Origin: Halobacteriales archaeon QS_4_70_19
Lineage (GTDB): Archaea > Halobacteriota > Halobacteria > Halobacteriales > Haloarculaceae
Assembly: GCA_003020985.1 (NCBI GenBank)
Contig: PXRM01000025.1
Location: 15,830-79,829 of the forward strand
DNA: 64,000 bases
Direction: 5' to 3'
Position 1 is the stretch's first letter. Each line of letters opens with the position of its first letter. The position numbers were made by a program, and so were the translations under genes. Positions 1-10,982 of the stretch are shown here, one piece after another. Below the pieces are notes generated by a model that saw nothing but the letters and a program-made list of their open reading frames with translations, was not told the DNA's origin and made no database searches.

Positions 1-534
1 CCGGACCTCGACCGCGTCGGCAACGCCGCCCACGGCCATGTTCTCGCGCGCCACCTCGGCGAACTCCGGGTCCCGCTCGTAGGTGACGACCCTGGCGCCG
101 GCGCGCGCGAGATAGGCCGCCAGGACGCCCGTCCCCGTCCCCGCGTCGAGGACGCGGTCGCCGGTCCCGGCACCCGTCTCCCCGAGGACGAGCCCGACGT
201 CCCGGGGGACCATCGGCGCGCCCGTCCGTTCGAAGTGGTGGAACAGGTCCGGCCCCCGCAGCCGCCGGACGACGAACTCGTCGTCGAGGTGGGTGGCGAC
301 GGTGTCGCCGGGCTGGACGCCCGCCGGGACCCGGAGGATGCCCAGGTCCGTCTCCAGACGCTCGCCCGGACGGAGCAGGTACTCGCGGTTCTCGCGGACG
401 AGCAGGACCGGCGAGCGATCCGCGGCGGTGTCACCCCCCTCGTCGGTGGTGTCCTCGTCGGCCACGTCGCTCGGGGCGGCGGTACCGCTGCCGGCGTCCG
501 TTGCGGCGTCGTCGCTCCGGTCGCCGTCGGTCAC
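1..534 (-). CDS. trmI: tRNA (adenine-N1)-methyltransferase, TrmI/GCD14 family (3' end outside the window)
   Basis: Hand translation gives [63 protein letters not shown]. The GTG start overlaps the NAC stop (GTGA). Confidence 0.85.
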   Translation of the reverse strand, partial: MTDGDRSDDAATDAGSGTAAPSDVADEDTTDEGGDTAADRSPVLLVRENREYLLRPGERLETDLGILRVPAGVQPGDTVATHLDDEFVVRRLRGPDLFHHFERTGAPMVPRDVGLVLGETGAGTGDRVLDAGTGTGVLAAYLARAGARVVTYERDPEFAEVARENMAVGGVADAVEVR

Positions 535-941
535 TCCAGCATCTCGACGGCGGCCGCGAGGTCGCCGTCGGTCGCCTCGAGCGCCTCGCGGGCGTTCTCC
601 TCGCTCGCGCCCGTCCGGGCGGCGACGATCTCCACGTCGGAGTCCGGGATCGCGGTGCTACCGCCCCCGTCGTCGGCTGCCTCCTCGGATGCGTCGGCGT
701 TACCCTCGACAGCCGTGGCGCCCCCCTCGCCCCGCGGGCGGGACGCCGGCGAGCCCACGACCTGGTAGGTCGCCTGCCCCTGTGCGTCCATCTTCTGGAC
801 CTGGGCGTCGGTAAACACGAGGTCCTCGTCGGGGGTCCTGATGATGACCTCCTCGGCGTCGAGCTCCTCGAGGTCGATCCCCATCTGCTCCATCATCTGC
901 TTCATCTTCCGTGGGTTGAGTCCGCCGCCTCCTCCGAACAT
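531..941 (-). CDS. nac: nascent polypeptide-associated complex protein (aNAC)
   Basis: [24 protein letters not shown]-terminus and UBA-like C-terminus ([30 protein letters not shown]). Confidence 0.93.
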   Translation of the reverse strand: MFGGGGGLNPRKMKQMMEQMGIDLEELDAEEVIIRTPDEDLVFTDAQVQKMDAQGQATYQVVGSPASRPRGEGGATAVEGNADASEEAADDGGGSTAIPDSDVEIVAARTGASEENAREALEATDGDLAAAVEMLE

Positions 942-1326
942 ACCTGTGAAGAGCAGCCCTGCAGTCAAAAACGTACTTGTCGTCGCCCGGGTGCATCGAC
1001 GATCATAGTGATGCGCGTGAGCGACAGAGCGTCGGACGGGTGCATCCCGGTCCCACTGAGGCGTGGATTGTCCCGCTGCCACCGTCGGTACCACCGGCAC
1101 CGGTCGTCGCACCACATCGCACCGCGCCTCTGACCCCACACGCCCCTATCACGGGGTGATGTAATGCGGTTTCGAGCGTTTTCACGCCGTGATAACGGCT
1201 CGGTCACAGCGTCTCATGTTCGTTGTTACCACTGTTCGGTGAGAAAATGCTTCGTATCACCGTTCGGCGACGAGTTCGCGCAGAATCGTCCGGGTTACCG
1301 GGAAACGCGGGCCAGGCGAGCGGCGG

Positions 1327-2190
1327 TCAGTAGAACTCGCGGACGAGGTCCATCGCGTCGTCCGGGGCCCCCTCCGGGATGTCGGCCATCGACTCGGAGA
1401 GTCCCTCGCGCTCCTCGAAGCCGACGGAGTTCTCGTCCTGGTAGATGACGCCCTGGTACTCCTTGTCCACGTCGAGGATCTTCTCCTTGGCGGCGTCGTA
1501 GTCGGTCGGGTCGTGGTCCTCCTCGTCGAGATCCACGATGGTGTCGCGGAAGTAGTCGTACGTGTCGACGTCGTTGAACGTCACGCACGGGCTGTAGACG
1601 TTGACGAAGCCGAAGCCGTCGTGCTCGATGGCCTTCTGGACGATCTCCGTGTGGCGCTGGGAGTCCGAGGAGAACGACTGGGCGATGAACGTGCCGCCGG
1701 CCGAGAGCGCGAGTGCGAGCGGGTTGACCGGCTGCTGCTTCGTCCCCCCCGGGGAGGTGGAGGTCTCGAAGTCCTCGCGCGAGGTCGGCGAGAACTGCCC
1801 CTTCGTCAGCCCGTAGATGCGGTTGTCCATGACCACGTACGTCATGTCGACGTTCCGGCGGACGGCGTGGACGAAGTGGCCGGCCCCGATGGAGTAGCCG
1901 TCACCGTCGCCGCCGGCGACCATCACCTCCAGGTTCGGGTTGGCCATCTTCACGCCGGTTCCGACCGGGAGCGCGCGCCCGTGTACGCCGTGGAGCGCGT
2001 ACGAGTGCATGTACGTCCCGATCTTGCCGGAACAGCCGATGCCGGCGACGACGAACGTGTTGTCCGGGTCGTTGCCGGTGTTCGCGAGGGCCTTCATCAT
2101 CCCGTTCATGGTGCCGAAGTCGCCGCAACCGGGGCACCAGGTGGGCTGTGCGTCGGACTTGAAGTCGGTGAATCGGATGTCGGAGCTCAT
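1327..2190 (-). CDS. korB: 2-oxoacid:ferredoxin oxidoreductase beta subunit (probably 2-oxoglutarate-specific)
   Basis: PTWCPGCGDFG, GIGCSG and the TPP-binding motif GGDGDG..MDNRIYGLTKGQ. Confidence 0.9.
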   Translation of the reverse strand: MSSDIRFTDFKSDAQPTWCPGCGDFGTMNGMMKALANTGNDPDNTFVVAGIGCSGKIGTYMHSYALHGVHGRALPVGTGVKMANPNLEVMVAGGDGDGYSIGAGHFVHAVRRNVDMTYVVMDNRIYGLTKGQFSPTSREDFETSTSPGGTKQQPVNPLALALSAGGTFIAQSFSSDSQRHTEIVQKAIEHDGFGFVNVYSPCVTFNDVDTYDYFRDTIVDLDEEDHDPTDYDAAKEKILDVDKEYQGVIYQDENSVGFEEREGLSESMADIPEGAPDDAMDLVREFY

Positions 2191-2191
2191 G

Positions 2192-3961
2192 TTATTCTGC
2201 CTCCACCTCGGCGGTCTCGCCGGCCAGTTCCTGCTTCACCCGCTCTGCGAGTTCGTCGGCCTTGAACCGTACGCCGGTGTACTTGTTGATGCGCTTGACC
2301 CGCTCGAGGGCGTCGTGTTCGAGCACGTCGGCCCACTGGCCGGTCGCGTTGCACTCGACGACGACGACCTCCTCGGCGTCCCGGATCTCCCCGGCGAGGT
2401 CCTCCCGCGGGAAGACGTACGGGCAGGAGAGGAAGCGGACGTCGACGCCCTCCTCGTCGAGGATGTCGATGGCCTCCAGCATCGCGCCCTCGTTCGACCC
2501 CCAGGAGATGACGAGGTCGTCCGAGTCGGCGTCGCCGAACTCGCGGGGCGACCAGTCCTCGCGCTCGCGTGCGGTCTCGACCTTCCGGTTGCGCTTGTCG
2601 ACCTGCTCGACGCGGACGTCCTCCTCCTCGGTCCGGCGCCCGAGTTCGTCGTGCTCGAGGCCGGTCGTCATGTGCGCGCCGCCCTCGACACCCGGGAACG
2701 TCCGGGGCGAGACGCCGTCGTCGGTCGCGGCGTGGGGGGTGAACTGCTCCTTCTCGTTGGTCCACTCCTCGACCTCGTCCTCGCCGACGACACGGCCGCG
2801 CTCGATCTCGACGGCGTCCATGTCGAACTGCTCCGGCTCGTAGGTCTGTTCGGTGACCGCCAGCGCCAGGTCGCTCACGAGGAAGACCGGCGTCTGGTAC
2901 TTCTCCGCGAGGTTGAACGCCTCGATGGTCTTGTGGAAGCACTCCGCGACGGTGGTCGGCGCGAGGACGAACCGCGGGATCTCCCCGTGGCCGCCGTACA
3001 GCACCATGTCGAGGTCCCCCTGCTCCTGCTTGGTCGGCATCCCGGTGGAGGGCCCGGAGCGCATCACGTCACAGATGACCAGCGGCGTCTCCGTCTGGGC
3101 GATGAGCCCGAACGTCTCGGTCATTAGGTCGATGCCGGGCCCGGAGGTCGCGGTCATCGACCGCGCGCCGGCACGGGCCGCCCCCAGCGCCATGTTGATG
3201 GCCGAGAGCTCGTCCTCCGCCTGGACGACCTTCCCCCCGTAGCGGTCGATGCGCTCGGTCAGGTACTCCATCACGTCCGTCGCGGGCGTGATGGGGTAGC
3301 CGGAGTAGAACCGGCAGCCGGCGGCGATGGCACCCATCCCGATGGCCTCGTCGCCGTTCAGCAGGACGTAGTCGGCGTCAGTCGTCTCCATCTCGTACTC
3401 GGTGGTCAGCTCGTACTCCTCCTGGACGTACTCCTGACCCAGCCGAGCGGCCTCCTTGTTGGTGTCGACGATGGCCGACCCCTTGTCGCCGAAGCGCTTC
3501 TCGAGGGCCTCGTCGAGGTTCTCGATGGGGAACCCGGCGACCTCGCAGGCCGCCCCCAGCGCGACGATGTTGCGGACGATCGCCCCACCGGCCTCCTCCG
3601 CGAGCCGCTTGAGGGGTACGTCCAGCCCGGTCATGTCTCCGGGCGCCTCGAAGTCCTTCATCATCGTCCGCTCGCCGTCGTAGATGATGACGGAGCCGTC
3701 GTGGAGTTCGTCCGTGTTCTCCTCGACGGTGCGCTCGGTGAGCGCGATGAGGATGTCGAGGCGGTCGACCACGCTCTCGACGCGGTCGACCGAGGTCCGG
3801 ACCTTGTACGCGGTGTACCCGCCCCGGATCCTGGACGCGAAGTCCTTCGAGGTGAAGACGTGTCGACCCGCCCGGGAGAGTGCTTGTGCGAAGATTTTCC
3901 CGGTAGAGTCGATCCCATCGCCGGCTTCGCCGCCGATGGCCCAGTTCAGGTCGTCTGGCAT
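2192..3961 (-). CDS. korA: 2-oxoacid:ferredoxin oxidoreductase alpha subunit
   Basis: MPDDLNWAIGGEAGDGI start, YPITPAT, QAEDE, TATSGPG, RSGPSTGMPT; adjacent to the beta subunit. Confidence 0.9.
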   Translation of the reverse strand: MPDDLNWAIGGEAGDGIDSTGKIFAQALSRAGRHVFTSKDFASRIRGGYTAYKVRTSVDRVESVVDRLDILIALTERTVEENTDELHDGSVIIYDGERTMMKDFEAPGDMTGLDVPLKRLAEEAGGAIVRNIVALGAACEVAGFPIENLDEALEKRFGDKGSAIVDTNKEAARLGQEYVQEEYELTTEYEMETTDADYVLLNGDEAIGMGAIAAGCRFYSGYPITPATDVMEYLTERIDRYGGKVVQAEDELSAINMALGAARAGARSMTATSGPGIDLMTETFGLIAQTETPLVICDVMRSGPSTGMPTKQEQGDLDMVLYGGHGEIPRFVLAPTTVAECFHKTIEAFNLAEKYQTPVFLVSDLALAVTEQTYEPEQFDMDAVEIERGRVVGEDEVEEWTNEKEQFTPHAATDDGVSPRTFPGVEGGAHMTTGLEHDELGRRTEEEDVRVEQVDKRNRKVETAREREDWSPREFGDADSDDLVISWGSNEGAMLEAIDILDEEGVDVRFLSCPYVFPREDLAGEIRDAEEVVVVECNATGQWADVLEHDALERVKRINKYTGVRFKADELAERVKQELAGETAEVEAE

Positions 3962-4162
3962 ACTACGTCGCCGTTCCCATGGGCGGACGTTAAGCCTTCT
4001 GAATATTGCCGTTTCCTCCGCATTGCTGAATCTAGACCGCGCCGCTCGTGGCGCCGCAGTCGTGCTGCGGGCCATCGAGACGGTCCCGGCCCTTGCGCGT
4101 TGACCGCCGCGGCGCGGGACCGGAAGCGAAAGGTCGTTGCCGGTCGCTCCCCGAGCGCGACC

Positions 4163-4700
4163 ATGGACGCAACCGACCTCCGCGTCGTCGCCGTGGACGA
4201 GTGCGGTCCGGACACGGTCGCCATCGAGTTCGAGTCGCCGGACGGGTTCGAGGCCGAACCCGGCCAGTTCGTGAAGCTCAGCGCCGAACTCGACGGGGAG
4301 TCGGTCTCCCGGTTCTACACCATCTCCTCGCCCGACGTGGTCGACACCTTCGAGATCACCGTCGGCTACGACCCCGACGAGGCCGGCCCGTTCAGCGAGC
4401 ATCTCCTCACGCTCGCGTCTGACAACCTGGTCACGGTGACGGGTCCGTTCGGCAGCGACTACTACGAGGGCGAGTCGCGCGCGGTCGTGCTGGCCGGCGG
4501 CCCGGGCATCGGTCCGGCCGTCGGAATCGCGGAGCGCGCGCTGGCCGACGGTAACGAGGCGGTCGTCGTCTACCGCGACGACGCGCCGGTCCAAGCAGTC
4601 GTTCATTTACGGGTTCGAACCGTTCCTCGACGCGGCGACGGCGGCGCTCCGGGAAGCCGGGGCCGACCCGGACGCGGCGAAGGTCGAGAACTTCGGTTGA
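4163..4700 (+). pseudogene. FAD-dependent oxidoreductase (FNR-like) with an internal deletion/frameshift at ~4590
   Basis: PGQFV, RFYTISS, GPFG and LAGGPGIGP are in one frame. The C-terminus QSFIYGFEPFLDAATAALREAGADPDAAKVENFG* is in another frame straight after YRDDAPV. Confidence 0.8.
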
Positions 4701-5360
4701 TCCCAGCCCGTCGGGCCCACCACCAGCCAGGTGACTATCCCACACAGTTATATAAATCACCCGGGGTAACCACCAGTGTCTTTAAGCGACTCCTTGCCCG
4801 CCACTGTGTAGAGACGACTGTAGTATATGACAGGACACAACGACAACCCCTCGGATAGGCCCGGTGGGGACGACCCAGGGGACGACGGAAACGGGGGTGG
4901 GTCCGAGTTCGGGGCCGCCGGCTCGGACGCCGCACCCGACGATGGTACAGGGGGAACGACCGACCACGGCGGACTCGTCGGTGACGGCGGCGAACCCGTC
5001 GGTTCCGGCCGGGGTGATGGCCCCGACGGGAGCGGCTTTGACTTCCAGTCGTGGATGCAGAACGTGGATCCGCGCGAGAGCGCCGGCGGCGTCGAGGGGG
5101 ACGACACGCCGGACCCCATCTACAGCCCCTCTGAGCTCCCGGAGAGCGTCGGGCTCGGCGGTGAGGGCCCCCGCGTGAAGACGTTCGGTCGAGACCGTGC
5201 GGAACTCCCGTCCGGCCCGAATGCCATCCCGCTGCTCGCAGTGGGCATCGTCGGTGCCGTCGTCGTGGAGGCGGGGAGCCGCATTGTCGGCGTCATCCCC
5301 GGCGTCTCGGGGCGCTCGTCCGCCTCGTCGACGACGTCGCGGACGGCCGAGGCCGCCGAC

Positions 5361-5419
5361 TTCGAGTTCGAGAACGGCGGCTTCGACTTCGTTCGAGTTC
5401 GAGAACGGCGGCTTCGACT
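5361..5419 (+). repeat. tandem duplication, period 31 (TTCGAGTTCGAGAACGGCGGCTTCGACT x2)
   Basis: Identical 28-mers at 5361-5388 and 5392-5419. Confidence 0.9.
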
Positions 5420-5793
5420 ACCAGGGCTGGCTCTCCGCCGGCGACAACGAGTTCGCCGCCCCCGCGCCCGACCCGGAGCCAACCCTGGAGACGGAGCCGG
5501 CTGCCGCACCCGCCGAGGCCGCCGCCGGCACCTCTGCCGGTGCCACCGCGAGCGCGGCAGCCGAGGGCACCGCCGCGAGCGGTCCCACGGCCGAGGCCCC
5601 CGGCTTCGGCGAGCCATCACCGACGGTCGGCACGGGCGACGAGATGCCACCGATCAAACTTGCCGCGTTCGCGCTGTTCGCCGCCAGCGCCGTGGCGGTC
5701 GCGTTCACCATCCTGAGCGCCGGCGGCGTCGTCGGCCCCGCGCAGAACGTCGCCCAGGCGGGCGGCAACGGTGGCGGTGCCGGTGCGGCCAAC

Positions 5794-6065
5794 GCGACGG
5801 CCACGCCGACGCCGGCGCCGACGGCTACTGCGACGGCCACGCCGACGCCGGAGTCGACGCCGACGCGGACGGACAACCCGACGCCAGCAGATACGCCGAC
5901 GGAGTCGCCCACAGCGACGCCCACGGACAGCCCGACGGCCACGCCGACCCCGACGGCAACCCCGACGCCGACGGCAACCCCGACGCCGACTCCGACGCCC
6001 ACGCCGACGCCGTCGCCGACCCCGACGGCGACGCCGGAGCCGACCGACACGCCGACCCAGACGCC
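5794..6065 (+). repeat. low-complexity ACGCCG (Thr-Pro) coding repeat
   Basis: Encodes a [10 protein letters not shown] linker. Confidence 0.85.
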
Positions 6066-6274
6066 GATCGGCGGCGGACTGCTGGGCTGACCGCGACGGC
6101 TCCGTTCCCGTTCCGATCTCCGTCCTCCGGCCTCGTGCGTTCCCGTCAGTGAGTACCGCAGCTCCTCACGTGCCGAACCGTCTGTCGGATAGCTAGCAGA
6201 TTAGCGACTGACGGCCGATACAATCGGCGGGGAATTTAGCTTTCCAGGAAAACCCTCGATTTTCGAGGATACAG

Positions 6275-7084
6275 CTACTGCAGCCCGAGGTCCGCACTCA
6301 TCGCGTTGCCGGCGCGCGGGACGCCCTTGACCGTGTACGTCTCCCCGTCGACGAAGGCGGCGGCGGGCGAGGCGAGGAACTGGACCACGTCCGCGATGTC
6401 CTCCGTGTGGCCGATGCGGCGGTTCACCTGGTCGCGGGGCGGCATGTCGGATTCGTCGATGCCGAGCGTCTCCGCGACGCCGGGCGTCTGGACGAGTCCG
6501 GGGGCGACGCAGTTGACGCGGATACCGTGGTCGGCCCACTCGACCGAGAGGGTCTCCGTCAGGCGGATGATGGCCGCCTTCGCCGCGGAGTAGTGGCTCT
6601 CGTTGGGAGCGGCGTGCTGGCCGTTCACGCTGGACATGTTGACGACGGTGCCGCCGGGGTCGTCGCCCTCGCGCATCGCCCGCCCGGCAACCTGCGTGCA
6701 GTGGAAGGTCCCCGTCAGGTTGAGGTCGACGATGGCCTCCCAGCCGTTCGGGGAGATGTCGTCGAACGCGGCCACGAACTCGCCCCCGGCGTTGTTGACG
6801 AGGACGTCGACGCCGCCGAACTCCTCGACGGTCGCCTGCACGAACGCCTCCACGTCGTCGCGGTCGCGGACGTTGCACTCGACGGCCAGCGCGTCGCCCG
6901 CGTCCGGGTCCTCGTTGATGCCCTCGGCGACGGGGTCGACGCGGTCCTGCGAGCGCGAGCAGATGGCCACGTCCGCGCCGCCGGTCGCGAGCGTCTCGGC
7001 GACCGTCCGCCCGATCCCCTGGCTCGCGCCAGTCACGATGGCACGCTTCCCCTCGACGCCGAACTCCGCCTGATGAAGTGACAT
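6275..7084 (-). CDS. SDR family NAD(P)-dependent oxidoreductase
   Basis: TGASQGIG, VNNAG and the YSAAK catalytic motif. Confidence 0.93.
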   Translation of the reverse strand: MSLHQAEFGVEGKRAIVTGASQGIGRTVAETLATGGADVAICSRSQDRVDPVAEGINEDPDAGDALAVECNVRDRDDVEAFVQATVEEFGGVDVLVNNAGGEFVAAFDDISPNGWEAIVDLNLTGTFHCTQVAGRAMREGDDPGGTVVNMSSVNGQHAAPNESHYSAAKAAIIRLTETLSVEWADHGIRVNCVAPGLVQTPGVAETLGIDESDMPPRDQVNRRIGHTEDIADVVQFLASPAAAFVDGETYTVKGVPRAGNAMSADLGLQ

Positions 7085-7132
7085 GCGGCAGGCCGCGGCC
7101 GCCGGGCGCAAGTGTCTACCGATTGGTGGGGG

Positions 7133-7663
7133 TCACCGGTCGTCCGCGTCGGCCTCGTCGCCGTCGTCCACGGCTCCTGCTCCCGTGTCCGCGTCGCGGT
7201 CGTTCCGCTCGCGGTCACGCCGCCGGCCGAACCCGAACAGCCCCCCGAGCGTCTCTAGCTCCTCGACCGCCGTGGCGGGGACGTCCGTCCCCTGGACCCG
7301 ACGGGCGAGCTCCTCCTCGACGTCCGGCACCTCGACGGCGCCGCCGGTCGCTGCCTCGATGGGCTCGCGGATGAACTCCTCCTCGGCCGCGTCGACGAGC
7401 TTCCCGGCATCCTCGTTCAGTTCCAGCACCTCGGCGGCGAGCGTCGGGTCCAGTCCACCCGTGGCGACCGAGAGGTCGTTGCCGACGTTCACCCGCTCCA
7501 GTTCGACCGACACGTCGCCGTCGGTCGCGGTGTCCGTGGCCGCTGTCGCCCGCCCGTCGGCGGTCGCGGGCCGGCCGGTGCGACGGCGAGAGACGAACGC
7601 CGAGAGGAGGGCGACGATGGCGAGGTCGACGAGGTGTCGCCACCGGGGACTGGTATCGCGCAT
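7133..7663 (-). CDS. hypothetical acidic protein with an N-terminal hydrophobic segment
   Basis: Acidic halophilic composition and a TDG motif. Confidence 0.6.
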   Translation of the reverse strand: MRDTSPRWRHLVDLAIVALLSAFVSRRRTGRPATADGRATAATDTATDGDVSVELERVNVGNDLSVATGGLDPTLAAEVLELNEDAGKLVDAAEEEFIREPIEAATGGAVEVPDVEEELARRVQGTDVPATAVEELETLGGLFGFGRRRDRERNDRDADTGAGAVDDGDEADADDR

Positions 7664-7852
7664 GCTGCGCGCCACGAGGAGCCGCAGCGGCAAAAACCCG
7701 GCCGTTCGGTCGGTCACGCCGGACCTGTCGTCGCGGAGGCGTCGCGACCGCCCTCGACGGGGGTGTAGTGGCCGCCCTCGACGGCGACGCGGCTCCCGTT
7801 GTCGGTCGGATACGATGGGGAGTACTGCAAGGCGAGAGAAGCTACCCGTCGT

Positions 7853-8236
7853 TCAGGCGCTATCGTCCATCCGCTTGTGGTACTCCTCGCGTGCGGCCTT
7901 CAGGCCCGCGACGAGGATGTAGACGGCGTCCACGATGTCGATCTCGTCGAAGCGGCCCTTCACGTCCGTGTCGACCGGGAGCGAGTCCGACGCGCTCTCG
8001 GCGAGGTCGCCGCTGGAGTCGTCGGAGCCCGGGTCGTCGGTGACTGAACTCTGCTCGGCCGTGTCGGCCGTGGAGACGCCGCCCGAGGTGTCGACGCCGG
8101 CGCCGCCGGCGTCCTCGGCGTCGGAGCCACCGCCACGGATGGCGCGCACGAGCAGGACGACGCCCACGACCAGGACGCCGACGATGGCCAGTTTCTTCCC
8201 GCCGATCCCGCCGGACTCCGTGGAGTCACTCGTCAT
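7853..8236 (-). CDS. hypothetical single-pass membrane protein
   Basis: KKLAIVGVLVVGVVLLVR followed by an acidic region. TTTAAG lies ~25 bp upstream. Confidence 0.65.
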   Translation of the reverse strand: MTSDSTESGGIGGKKLAIVGVLVVGVVLLVRAIRGGGSDAEDAGGAGVDTSGGVSTADTAEQSSVTDDPGSDDSSGDLAESASDSLPVDTDVKGRFDEIDIVDAVYILVAGLKAAREEYHKRMDDSA

Positions 8237-8368
8237 GGGTACCCCTTGCGCCCCGCGGGTCTTAAACGGTAGTGGGGCCGGTATCACGCGGTTTCGCCTA
8301 TGTTTCCCTGCCGGAGACGACCGGGCCTGCGGCGAAAGGACCATCACACGTCAGCGAGAGGGGGAGGT

Positions 8369-9031
8369 ATGCGCCAGGCGACGTTCGTCATCAGCGCCGG
8401 GCGGGGTGGCCTCCACCCTGCGGACGCCGCCATCGCCGCGGAGCCGGACATCCAGCGGCTCACCATCCGGCAGATCGACATCCTCGACGACGGGACCGGC
8501 ATCGTCCTCTACACCTCGCGGGGTGACCTGGAGCGCGGCAAACAGCTCCTCGACGCGCGCGACGACATCTACAGCGTCGACTACGTCGGGGAGACCAACG
8601 GCGTCACGCTCGTCCACTTCGAACCCAACGACACCGTCCGGGACCTGCTGGCGGTCGGCCGGAGCCAGGTCATCGCGCTCGACCTCCCCATCGAGTGCCT
8701 CCCGGACGGCGGCGTCCGGGTCACCGTCATCGGCAACGACGCCGCCATCAGCGAGGCCGTCGACGACATGCCGGAGTCGCTGGCCCTCTCGCTGGAGTCG
8801 ATGGGCGAGTACGACCCCGACCGCTCGGACCCGTTCGCCTCCCTCACGGAGCGCCAGCAGGAGATCCTGCTGACCGCGCTCGAACTCGGCTACTTCGAGA
8901 CGCCCCGCGAGACGAACCAGGAGGCCATCGCCGAGGAACTGGGTGTCTCGACGGCCACCGTCGGCGAACACCTCCGCCGTATCCAGGCGAAGCTCGTCCC
9001 CTCGGTCGTCCCCCGCGCACTCTGGGAGTAG
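8369..9031 (+). CDS. bacterio-opsin activator-like HTH_10 transcriptional regulator
   Basis: C-terminal LTERQQEILLTALELGYFETPRETNQEAIAEELGVSTATVGEHLRR; GGAGG before the ATG. Confidence 0.9.
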   Translation: MRQATFVISAGRGGLHPADAAIAAEPDIQRLTIRQIDILDDGTGIVLYTSRGDLERGKQLLDARDDIYSVDYVGETNGVTLVHFEPNDTVRDLLAVGRSQVIALDLPIECLPDGGVRVTVIGNDAAISEAVDDMPESLALSLESMGEYDPDRSDPFASLTERQQEILLTALELGYFETPRETNQEAIAEELGVSTATVGEHLRRIQAKLVPSVVPRALWE

Positions 9032-9337
9032 CGCCGGGTCGTCTCGACCAGTAGTGCCGGGTCGTCCCGACCGTCGTCCGGCACGCGCTGCTGGCTCGCT
9101 CCCGCTCGGATCCTGTGGATAGATGGTTCTTTTCAATACAATCGATGTTCTCTGACTGGAACGTCGAAACTCTCTCAGTAATGCTGGCTATATATCTATT
9201 ATGATGGGATTGTATCCATTATGGTGCGATTAGTCGAAAATCCCGTGCCTCCGTCGGGAGTGTCTCGGATGGGGTCGTTCCGGCAACCGTCACCGTCAAA
9301 CCCGCCCGCAGGTATCTAGCGAGTAGACACCGACCCG

Positions 9338-10153
9338 ATGACCCTCACGAAACGCATCATCCCCTGCATCGACGTGGCGCTGGACGACGACGGGAACGCG
9401 AAGGTGTACACGGGGGTCAACTTCGAGGACCTGCAGTACACCGGCGACCCGGTGGAGATGGCCCGGGCCTACAATCGGGCCGGGGCCGACGAGTTCGTCT
9501 TCCTTGACATCACCGCCAGCGCCGACGGCCGGGAGACGATGCTCGACACCGTCTCCGCGGTGGCCGACGAGGTGTTCATCCCCCTGACGGTCGGCGGCGG
9601 CATCCGGACGAAGGCCGACGTGGTGGAGACGCTGCGGGCGGGCGCGGACAAGGTCTCCATCAACACGGGTGCCCTGGAGCGACCCGAACTCATCACGGAG
9701 GGGGCCGACTCCGTCGGGAGCCAGGCCATCGTCATCAGCGTGGACGCGCGCCGGCGCTACGACGAGCAGGGCGAGCACTACGAGCAGGTCGACGGGGAGT
9801 CCTGCTGGTTCGAGTGCACGGTCAAGGGCGGCCGCGAGGGGACCGGGACGGACGTCGTGGGCTGGGCCGCGGAGGCCGAGGAGCGCGGCGCCGGAGAGCT
9901 GTTCGTCAACTCCATCGACGCCGACGGGACGAAGAACGGCTACGACATCCCACTGACGCGGGCGGTCTGTGACGCGGTCTCGACGCCGGTCATCGCCTCC
10001 TCCGGCTGCGGCGGGCCCGAGGACGCCTGCGAGGTGTTCACGGGGGCCGGTGCCGACGCGGCGCTGGCAGCCAGCATCTTCCATTTCGACGAACACTCCA
10101 TCGACGAGGTCAAGCGGTACCTCGACGAGCGCGACGTTCCCGTCCGGCTCTGA
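9338..10153 (+). CDS. hisF: imidazole glycerol phosphate synthase subunit HisF
   Basis: LTKRIIPCIDV, GADEFVFLDITAS, PLTVGGGIR, GADKVSINT, SIDADGTKNGYD. Confidence 0.97.
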   Translation: MTLTKRIIPCIDVALDDDGNAKVYTGVNFEDLQYTGDPVEMARAYNRAGADEFVFLDITASADGRETMLDTVSAVADEVFIPLTVGGGIRTKADVVETLRAGADKVSINTGALERPELITEGADSVGSQAIVISVDARRRYDEQGEHYEQVDGESCWFECTVKGGREGTGTDVVGWAAEAEERGAGELFVNSIDADGTKNGYDIPLTRAVCDAVSTPVIASSGCGGPEDACEVFTGAGADAALAASIFHFDEHSIDEVKRYLDERDVPVRL

Positions 10154-10415
10154 GTCGGCCGCCGCCCGGCCGCCGTCCGTTTCTCCTCCAGACGCCACCG
10201 GAAGTGTCCGCACAGCTCCTGAAACGCCGGATGTCTGCCCGGAGCGTGCTCCGATTTTCACTTCCACTCCGGACCCGGCGCTCCCTTATCCCCGTCCGGT
10301 GCCGAGGGCAACTGTCGTCGTCGAGTGACCGGCGCGGGGCCGTCACCGCCGACGCTCGCATCGCCCGTCGACCACCGAACACCCGGTTCGAGTCATCCCG
10401 AACACGCCCGACTCG

Positions 10416-10697
10416 ATGGACACCGATATTCCGCCCGCACGAGCGGGCCCGCAAGAGGAGCACCGTCGCGACGCAGTGTCGCGGACCGCCGATCGCGAGG
10501 ACACCGACCCGGTCCCCGCCGAGGGGCGCGACCCCGCCGTCTCCGGCCCCCACGCCGGCTACGACCGCTACGGTCGGTTCGACTACCGGTACTGGCGCTG
10601 CGAGGCCTGCGGGCTCGAAACCACGCAGGACATCAGCGACGGCTGCCCGCGCTGCTCGGCAGCCCCCCGCGACACGGAGAGCACGGACGATGCCTGA
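10416..10697 (+). CDS. small CPxC-type zinc-ribbon protein
   Basis: YWRCEACG...GCPRC in an acidic 93-aa ORF. Confidence 0.65.
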   Translation: MDTDIPPARAGPQEEHRRDAVSRTADREDTDPVPAEGRDPAVSGPHAGYDRYGRFDYRYWRCEACGLETTQDISDGCPRCSAAPRDTESTDDA

Positions 10698-10982
10698 GGG
10701 GGGCACCTCTCCGAGCGGTGGCTGGCGGGCGGTCTACGTCGAGATGGCGGTCACCGCGTCGGCGGAGGCGCCCCCGCCGAACCGGCGACCCGCCCGCGAG
10801 GCCCGCTGGCCACGGGAACGCGACCCTGCTCCCGAGACGCCGGGCCGACACGACGTCCACCGGGGAACGAACGGTGACGGGCGGCACGCGCGAGCCGACG
10901 ACTGAGGCCCGGGAGATGCCGCGAGAGGACCGACAGAAGCAGTACAGCCGTGAGGACGACGGCGAGGCGGGCGGGGCCTCGC

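Larger units (their letters stand above)
4827..6090 (+). pseudogene. acidic membrane/surface protein with two hydrophobic segments and a Pro/Thr-rich tail, split by a 31-bp duplication
   Basis: ORFs 4827.. and ..6090 join in frame if one copy of the duplication at 5361-5419 is removed. A TATA-like CTTTAAG lies at ~4780. Confidence 0.65.

Noticed and set aside
5794-6065. ACGCCG repeats as a non-coding repeat element
   Set aside because: Explained by a Thr/Pro linker, which is common in haloarchaeal surface proteins.
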